A DNA stretch of 63,888 nt, the filler included, from Corallochytrium limacisporum Hawaii (lineage: Eukaryota; Protista; Pluriformea): the NCBI GenBank assembly GCA_002811645.1. It is 7 parts of 7 records of this genome, joined end to end, with 100 filler letters (N's around TTAATTAATTAA, not from the genome) between each part and the next. Parts side by side here need not be neighbours in the genome. Positions count along the whole stretch, not along the records: positions 55,530 to 61,561 come from PDIP01000282.1; positions 61,662 to 62,760 come from PDIP01000238.1; positions 62,861 to 63,888 come from PDIP01000248.1; 4 more parts are not named here. One strand, given 5' to 3'. Below are positions 56,837-63,888 of this stretch, piece by piece. Position 1 is the stretch's first letter. Every line of letters begins with the position of its first letter. Under the pieces are notes generated by a model. That model had not been told where the DNA came from. It saw only the letters and a list, made by a program, of their open reading frames with translations, and searched no databases. The translations under genes and the position numbers were made by a program.

Positions 56837-57006
56837 TTTGCTTTGTAAGGTGCATTGAAAACAAAACACCACTAACCCACAGTATCCCTTATCTATACAA
56901 ATGACAAACGCTCTTCTTTATTCTGAAACCTAATCTTTGTCTGAAGTCCCTGGAAATCTGTAACAGAAGATGGCACATAGTATTCAAACTCGTACTGATT
57001 TGTTGT

Positions 57007-58059
57007 CTATTGTGGTGGAAGGTTGAGACCTCCGGCAACAATGTCGATGGGAGCATTCGGGCATCCACTGTTCTGAGTAAATTCCTCAGTGGAGCAGTCG
57101 GAAATATACACAGTGGGTACACCATCAACCTTCACAGGCTTGGTGATAACAATGACGACGTCATCAGGAAGAGGGCTGGTACCGTCATTGCCGTTCTTGA
57201 TGGAAGCGTCTGTAAAGATGGGCACGCAGCCGTCGAGAACCCAGTCGTAGTAAACGTCGAAGTAGATGCTACCCCCATTGTCTTGAATTGTGATCTCAAT
57301 TTGCTCCTCCGTGAAGGATTTACAGAGGGCCTCTTGAGCACGAATGGGCATGGGGGGAGTCGAAAAATTGAATTCTCCCTGATTGGGCCATGTATAGCTA
57401 ATCTCACTGTAGATCAAGGCATTGGTTAGCGAAACATATCCACCAGGTGTAGCATCCACGTTGGTGGCACTAACCTGACCAGTGGTTGGGATGTGGGAAG
57501 GCACGTTGATACCACCGGCATAGAAGTTGGCAGGAATGTTGCCGCAAGCGAGGTCTTCCATGAATTCATCCTCCGTACATGTCTGGATGTAAGTCGTGGG
57601 AATAGAGCTGTCTTCATAGTGGCTCATGACCACAATGACATCGTCCGAGATTGCAGAACCGTTTGGACCATCTTGCTTATAAGCGTCTACAAATCTGGTC
57701 GAGCATCCATATCCGTCATATTCGTAGTCGACCACGAAAGTGGCCTCCCCTTTACCCTTCGGGAATTTAATGGTCATGGTTTGGTTAGTTAGTTTGCATT
57801 CTTCGGGAGTGGAGGTCGAGTATGTCATGTTCGTGGAACCATTCGAGGGCCAATTGTAGTTATTCTCCTCGTAAATCTTTACACCGGTATTGATGTGGCC
57901 AGCAATGGTTAGGTCAGGGTTGTTGACAATGACAGAGCCAAAGACAGTCTCATCATCGGTGACGGTGCCAGTAAAGCCGCTGGTCTTGACCGGAACGGCA
58001 TTGACCACGGCCACTCCAGCAGCGCCTCCAAATATGATCGCAAATGCTTTAGTGTTCAT
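57007..58059 (-). CDS. Secreted acidic protein made of two tandem ~160-aa 4-Cys repeats of an unrecognised domain
   Basis: Signal peptide MNTKAFAIIFGGAAGVAVVNA; internal repeat with IY.E..Y.WP..G, C, G...F.V.Y...GC...F.DA, DDV.IV, P(T)..I..C(T/S).(D/E)EF....C.N.P....AGG.N.P; TATTTAA box at 58159-58165. Confidence 0.85.
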   Translation of the reverse strand: MNTKAFAIIFGGAAGVAVVNAVPVKTSGFTGTVTDDETVFGSVIVNNPDLTIAGHINTGVKIYEENNYNWPSNGSTNMTYSTSTPEECKLTNQTMTIKFPKGKGEATFVVDYEYDGYGCSTRFVDAYKQDGPNGSAISDDVIVVMSHYEDSSIPTTYIQTCTEDEFMEDLACGNIPANFYAGGINVPSHIPTTGQVSATNVDATPGGYVSLTNALIYSEISYTWPNQGEFNFSTPPMPIRAQEALCKSFTEEQIEITIQDNGGSIYFDVYYDWVLDGCVPIFTDASIKNGNDGTSPLPDDVVIVITKPVKVDGVPTVYISDCSTEEFTQNSGCPNAPIDIVAGGLNLPPQ

Positions 58060-59072
58060 GATAAGTTCTTTAAAAAGACGTTCTTCTTTAAGACTCGAAT
58101 TTGATTATATTACCTAGATCTGACTCATACTCCTTGGTCTGTACGATCCTCATTACCCTTAAATACTTGTGATCCGAACGCAGCTGGACCGAGCAATGAG
58201 GGGGCCAGATACCTTAATTTTCCTTTCCGTCGTTACGGACGGATTCGGCGGGTTGAAAAACTTAACCCCACCACTATTGCACTAACCCCAAATGTCAGCC
58301 CTACCCAAAGACTTACTACATTTGGCAGTATTCCCTGCCCATTAAAAGAAACGCGCGCGAGCTTATATATCGATAGTTCCGGTGATCGATCTGCTAAAAA
58401 AAAAAAAACCAGATCTATAGACGGCCAGATCCACGCGCCCGTCCTGCAGGGGAATCCAGCAGACTCAATACCCTGCTCAGCAGGCGTCATGCTTACGACC
58501 CAAGGAATAGATTACCGTGTTGGTAGTATAAATTGTGTTTACATGTAGCCCAAACCACGAATTAAAGCATGCAATGGTAGATGTTGCAATTTCTGAAGCA
58601 AATGTGACTGGATGGTGCTCTCCTGGTGGTGCTGAGTTTGCAGCTCTGGTGCACGAGCTCCAGGTGAAGCCTGCAGCGCGCCCGCCTTCTGTAGAATGAG
58701 AAAGTATAGAAGGTCCAAATTCACTTCACCGAATGAATCTTCAACAAGGAAAACTTTCTTTAGAAACAAACGTTCCAGACGGCAATTTACAAGTGGAATT
58801 CAATTTTCTGTTACTATAGTAGCCCATTGTTGTTATTGCAGGGGACTCTGCTCTAGCTGAGCCACTAATGTATCTTGGCATCGGGTGACGTCTCGGGTAG
58901 GAGGCCATTGACCCCAGGGCGAAGGTGGTGTATTCTTGGGCCAATCTCTTCCCTCCTGGTGGTGCAAAGCGGGCGTTGAAAGACGTGAATCTAGACCTAA
59001 ACTAGAGACTTTCCTTCCAACGGGTGTTTGGGGTGGTACCACCAACCTCGCATTATGTCAAAAGAATACATA

Positions 59073-59114
59073 GGTTAGGGTTAGGGCTTGGGTTGAGGTT
59101 AGATCGGGGTTAGG
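59073..59114 (+). repeat. Degenerate interstitial telomere-like (TTAGGG) tract
   Basis: GGTTAGGGTTAGGGCTTGGGTTGAGGTTAGATCGGGGTTAGG. Confidence 0.5.
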
Positions 59115-59174
59115 TGGTGCCGGAATGGATTGTCAACCTAAGCGAAAGGCGATACAAGGCACGCAAAACAGAAC

Positions 59175-59722
59175 CTAACAGTCCATTGTCCTCCATGGAT
59201 GAATCATTTGCGAACTAGAAGAAGGCAAGCAGAGAAGGATTTTCGATGGGATCTCTAGGCTTAGACGCCCCCAATGGAATTGGCCCGTTGAACCCATCTT
59301 GAATATTAATATACTGGTCCTCCCCTGGGAGACAACCGAAGTTTCCCGGTAGGAGTTTACATGGTATACACTGATCTGGCCTGCCCGTACTCCGAGACCA
59401 TTGTTTGGATGCTTTCGGACCCCGCCGGTATACACCAACGTGATGTTGCCGCTACCGGAAATCGAATCTGAATTTATGTCTAGATCGTCAATGTGAATGA
59501 TCAAATCACAGTAAAAGACTTGTTCGAAGTGAACGTGAACCACAACCTCTCCGACACCGTTGTCGATGGTGTAGGTTATGGTCTGATTCTCATTGATTTC
59601 CAAATAGTCACGATAGTCCTGATCAAGATAGGCCACCTGGAGGTACCCAATCTCCGTAACCTCCGATCTCCGTTTTGCTGATGGAAAGGACTCCGTAACC
59701 TTAACACTCGTATGAACTATGA
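59175..59722 (-). pseudogene. Decayed paralog of the 4-Cys repeat family
   Basis: NENQTITYTIDNGVGEVVVHVHFEQVFYC aligns with TNQTMTIKFPKGKGEATFVVDYEYDGYGC. No ATG in the frame. A frameshift near 59365 restores PCKLLPGNFGC...INIQDGF. Confidence 0.45.
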
Positions 59723-59799
59723 TCTAGTACGTAATTTGGAACATTTAGTACAGATAGAATTCAAAGAACTTTGGTCAAGACATAGCAACTACGATTGTA

Positions 59800-61329
59800 T
59801 TAAACAGAGTGATTTGAGATAAAACCTGCCTGAAGGCCCTTGGAGAGAGAATCATCACAGAGGCCACCATTCTGGAGGAAGGTTTCACGCGTGCAGATGT
59901 CAAACTCGAGCTCATAACCCTCGAGAATGCCATAGTAGTCTAGATAAGTAAACGAAATGACAATGTCGCCCTCATCTGTCTCGATGTTCTGGAGAACGGA
60001 ATTGCAAAGATTGTTCTCGTTTTCAATGAATTTGAAAGTCGCTGTGAATTCCCAGTCAAGGTTTGTGTCTGGATCTGTTAACTTTCCAGTCAAAGTTTGT
60101 ACAGTGCCATCCGGACAGGTTGAGTTTGTTTGCCAAACAAATTCGCCGGACCATGGATCCGATGTAACAGTAGCCCCCTCCATTGGAGGCTTATAGGAGT
60201 CAGCGATGGTTGTGTTGGACCAACTGAGAGTCAGATTGCCGTTCTGCCAATCCCAAATGGCGAACCAGAGATCCAATTCATAGTTCCCCGATTGCTCGCC
60301 AGGCGAGTATATCCATGCGCCTTGAATATCAGCAAGTTCGATGGAGCCACAAGTTGAGTTCGCGCTGAAGTCTTCCGCAGTGCAGATTCCAACTTGTTCT
60401 TCGGACCAAACAACAAAGTCACTGACCATGCTTGTGGGCGCCTGAAGGCGGCCTTCACACTGGTTTTGGTCAGTAGACCAATAATAGTCCAATGGGAGGT
60501 GGACTTCGTACGATGGTGATTGAAGGATTATGGTGTCTGAACCCTGGCAATTCGCACGCGACAGTGTTGAGGAAGAAGAAATTTCACTGTTAGTCGGGAT
60601 TTCCAGGGGAATCGTTGGATTCCACGTTGAAGTTGAAGCTCCATCACACTGCACAGCGTATGTGTAGGTGCAAGACATGGTGGGCGATAAGGCTTCAACT
60701 CCTTTGACACCGCCACTCTCGAAATCTAAATTGACTGCTCCGTACCCTATGGAACCTGACAGAACCGAAGTTTGTTGCTTGTTCTGACTAGAATACACAT
60801 TTTCCGTGACATTGTACTTGAATTGGCCGGTGAAGCTTTGGGGAACCGAATTATAACCTCCCCCAGACAGAGTAATCTTGTTTTGCTCGGTGACTGGTGC
60901 ACCAGCTGGCGACGACCAACCATCGACCCAAAAGCCACCGGGCACGGTCATCGTGAAACGGGAGTCCCACGACGCACCATAAGAGGATCCTGTGTTTTCG
61001 CACTGGATCTGCAAGGAGAAGATGTCCACGTCCTCATCAGGAACACAATCATGGTACGCGTCAGGAGTCGGATACGTGTCGTAGTGAATTTCGCACGTAT
61101 TTTTCTCTGAATTTTCAGCAGTTATCTGAAGAACCTGGTCCATAGACACTCCTGACGCTCTCGGAAGTTTAACTTGAGCGCTGAAAACATCGTCTCCAAA
61201 GTCGTACGGAGTAGGCTCATCGCTTTGTTGTATACTCATCGCAACGTCAAGCGCACTGCTTTCTGCGTGAGGAACCGTTAAGTAAATACCTTGTATTTTC
61301 CACGTGGCCTTCGCCGCGTTGAGATACAT
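59800..61329 (-). CDS. Extracellular-type acidic protein with CBM2-like module and two 4-Cys repeats; probably 5'-truncated by TIR element
   Basis: Long ORF; repeats SDFVV...GICTAEDFSANSTC...IQGAWI and GDIVI...DICTRETFLQNGGLC...LQAGFI; no signal peptide; the first 11 codons in the ORF track lie almost entirely in the TIR element. Confidence 0.75.
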   Translation of the reverse strand: MYLNAAKATWKIQGIYLTVPHAESSALDVAMSIQQSDEPTPYDFGDDVFSAQVKLPRASGVSMDQVLQITAENSEKNTCEIHYDTYPTPDAYHDCVPDEDVDIFSLQIQCENTGSSYGASWDSRFTMTVPGGFWVDGWSSPAGAPVTEQNKITLSGGGYNSVPQSFTGQFKYNVTENVYSSQNKQQTSVLSGSIGYGAVNLDFESGGVKGVEALSPTMSCTYTYAVQCDGASTSTWNPTIPLEIPTNSEISSSSTLSRANCQGSDTIILQSPSYEVHLPLDYYWSTDQNQCEGRLQAPTSMVSDFVVWSEEQVGICTAEDFSANSTCGSIELADIQGAWIYSPGEQSGNYELDLWFAIWDWQNGNLTLSWSNTTIADSYKPPMEGATVTSDPWSGEFVWQTNSTCPDGTVQTLTGKLTDPDTNLDWEFTATFKFIENENNLCNSVLQNIETDEGDIVISFTYLDYYGILEGYELEFDICTRETFLQNGGLCDDSLSKGLQAGFISNHSV

Positions 61330-61331
61330 GG

Positions 61332-61561
61332 TACCACCCTCTGTCTGGTATGTCAGGGTCAAAACTCCGAAAAACTTGACTCCCGAGGATCTTTTTCAAT
61401 CTTGATTGTATAATAATTTATATTGATTGTATTCTATTTCATTATATTTTGCTCTTTTTAACAATCATGCACAAATATTTCAATAGCTGATTCAAACGAA
61501 GAGTCCCTGCTACTCTCAAAAATGGACTATTTTGACTTTGGCTTGACATTGAACACATCGT
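61332..61561. mobile_element. Left-hand TIR end and AT-rich subterminal region of TA-flanked element
   Basis: TA|CCACCCTCTGTCTGG at 61332 followed by an AT-rich stretch running into the linker gap. Confidence 0.75.
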
Positions 61562-61661
61562 NNNNNNNNNNNNNNNNNNNNNNNNNNNNNNNNNNNNNNN
61601 NNNNNTTAATTAATTAANNNNNNNNNNNNNNNNNNNNNNNNNNNNNNNNNNNNNNNNNNNN

Positions 61662-61670
61662 TGTGTGTGT

Positions 61671-61703
<33 letters not shown>
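61662..61703 (+). repeat. (GT)n microsatellite
   Basis: TG run at contig start. Confidence 0.95.
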
Positions 61704-61705
<2 letters not shown>

Positions 61706-63888
61706 GGAAGCTTTTTGTTGCTTGACGTGTGCCGCGTTATCCACCATTCCGCAGGAGGTTACTTTGCGTTTTGCCGGAACCATCCGCTTCCACACGCAAC
61801 CAAACGGTGTACGATGCCAACTCTAAACATTCACCCCCTTCCCCGCCGCAAACAAAGCCCAACCCCAACCCCAACCCCCCGGGGGAGGGCCTTCCCTTGT
61901 TGCTAGTGCCCTGACCCATATTACCGCATTTGTACACGCGATGAAAATTCTCCCGGACACCTCGGGTGCGCAGCAGCCCGTGATTGGTATACTGCTTCCT
62001 ATACTAAATATACCAACTATTTTTTTCAGGATGGGGTTTGGATCAATTGACAGGTCCCACCACCAGTCTCAGACCCTTCCCTGAACCGGGGAACCGCCGC
62101 CATCCGTTGAAGCGCTGGACTTACACTCGGGAGTTGCGGCGTGGACTGCTACCCTGCAATTTTCCGCCTGCATTGTGGCGTTCATTTATAATAGAGCACG
62201 ATCCCGACTTTACAACTGCCCCGCAGCAACCTCTCCTTTATTAGAACCCCCTTCTTTCCTTTTTCCTTTTTACATTTTCCTTTTTTTTTTTCTTTCTTTC
62301 TTGGTTTTGCTTCCTCCCCCTAACTCTTCCACCCACCACCCAGCAACCGTCTCTGTTGGGGGGGGGGGAAAGCCTGCCCACCTCCCCTCTCCTGTGTTTG
62401 AAGACTTTCTCTCCCATCCCCCTCCCCTTTTCACCTTCTTCCCTTCCCCCCTCTCTCTCTCTTCGCCCTGCCCATCTGTCTTTTGTTCGGCACTGGCTTT
62501 TTTTTTTATTTTGCTTTTTTATATTTTTGCCCTTTGTTTCTTCTTCCCTTCGGCTTCTTTTTTTCTTTTGGGCGGAAGCGACGACGACGACGACGGCCGG
62601 TGATTAAAAGAAAAAAGAGAAAAGAAAAAAACAGGGAGAAAGATACGTAAAAGTGCGAGTTTAAAAAAAGGGGGGGGGGGAGCGAAGCGCAGATATCCAT
62701 GCCCCCCCCCCGGGGGGAGGCCGGCAAAGGGGCGGTGCTCAGGGATTGGAAGAGGGGGGGNNNNNNNNNNNNNNNNNNNNNNNNNNNNNNNNNNNNNNNN
62801 NNNNTTAATTAATTAANNNNNNNNNNNNNNNNNNNNNNNNNNNNNNNNNNNNNNNNNNNNGGGGGGGGGGAGGGAGACAGTAAAACGCAGGCCTCCCCCC
62901 CCCCGGTTTTTGGGCGGCGCTGTGTGTGTGTGCGCGCGCAATACTTAATTTATGAGCACCTCGAAAGATCCCACTTCGCTGAACTAAAAGCGAAAGATGG
63001 CGGTCGACCCGCGAGACGGCAGGACACCCGGGGAATCAATGGAAGAGTACAATCGCCCGTGTAATTCTTGCCCGTGCGGTGTTGTACACGGCGCGGCCGT
63101 TCGGAAATGAAAAACAAAACCGCTGCGGTCAAAGAAAAATGAGACCCCGAGGACCTCACCCACACAGACAAATACACACGGAAAACACGGGGAAGGAAAG
63201 GGGAGGGGGGGGGAGAGGAGCGGTGCATTATCCCCGATCCTCTTCCTTTCTGCCAAGTACCGATTACTTTTCTCGCCTCCCTTGTGGTCGGCCGTTCATT
63301 CCCGAGCTGCGCTAACAAATTCTGTCTGCTGAATGAAGCCCATACGGAGTGAACTAGGTATTCGATGCTGCTAGCGCGGTTTGGCTGGGGAAGGGGACGC
63401 GGGGGAGCGGCCGAGGGGGAGGTAAAAGGGGGGAAACAAGGGTGAACACAGAGAGAGAGGGAGAGAGAGAGGTGTGGAGATGAAGAGGGGAAGGGACCGA
63501 GGTAGAAAAGTGCAAGCAGTTGATGCCTGGCCGTTCCGTACGGGTTCGCGTCTTGTGCAAAACAAAACAGAAATCAAAACAGACCGGGGAGAGTGGGGGG
63601 GGGGAGGGCGACTTGGACTACTTTGAGGCCGTGCCCTGCTGTGACCACCCCTCGACCCTCCCCCGGGCCGAGGGCTTCTCTTTGTGGTGGGCCGAGGGTG
63701 TGGGGGCAGGGAAGAGGAGAGATCAAGAAAACTTTCAATTACGCGTTAAGAAAAAAGAGAGTTCTGGGATAGGTACGAGGGTGGTGTACGCGGAGGGAGA
63801 GAAAAGGCACTTAAAGCAGAAGAAAGTGGGGAAGTAAAGGCCTCTGACGGGAAGGAGGGGGGGGAAAGGGGGAAGTAGAGAGGAAAGG

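Noticed and set aside
56129-56872. 247-aa minus-strand ORF
   Set aside because: No recognisable features; partly the antisense shadow of the ankyrin relic.
1-63888. CRISPR arrays, rRNA genes, operons, or transposase/Fanzor ORFs
   Set aside because: No regularly spaced repeats, rRNA-like sequence or DDE/RuvC motifs are visible; element interiors are missing in the gaps.

Overview
Eukaryotic genomic DNA, not prokaryotic. It carries long uninterrupted ORFs (apparently intron-poor) with eukaryote-specific products. From left to right these are: an AAAP amino-acid transporter, a Cys-rich/TSP3-repeat 7TM receptor, an SLC16-like MFS transporter, a PTS1-tagged SDR, FAM98, a TBC1D12/14-like RabGAP, a 1-Cys PrxQ, a GCP6-like gamma-tubulin complex subunit, an hnRNP L-like protein with an RS insert, a type I membrane microprotein, TMEM104, a PTS1-tagged HSD17B4-type dehydrogenase, a PHD-JmjC demethylase and a membrane-anchored GH114. 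The gene set and lack of introns fit a unicellular opisthokont/holozoan (Corallochytrium-like); this is inference only. Six gaps are artificial N44-TTAATTAATTAA-N44 contig linkers, so adjacency across them is not guaranteed. Two signals stand out that the ORF track does not show. (1) A family of TA-flanked terminal inverted repeats (TA|CCA[C/A]CCTCTG..., resembling Stowaway/mariner ends) borders five of the six linker gaps; one copy sits 1 nt after the JmjC stop codon and another 2 nt before an in-frame ATG. (2) A cluster at 57-61.3 kb encodes a shared, unrecognised 4-Cys repeat domain in two long ORFs plus decayed copies, one fused to a CBM2-like module. The 41-56 kb stretch is gene-poor and contains gene relics. 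All family assignments come from motif recognition by eye; no database searches were run.
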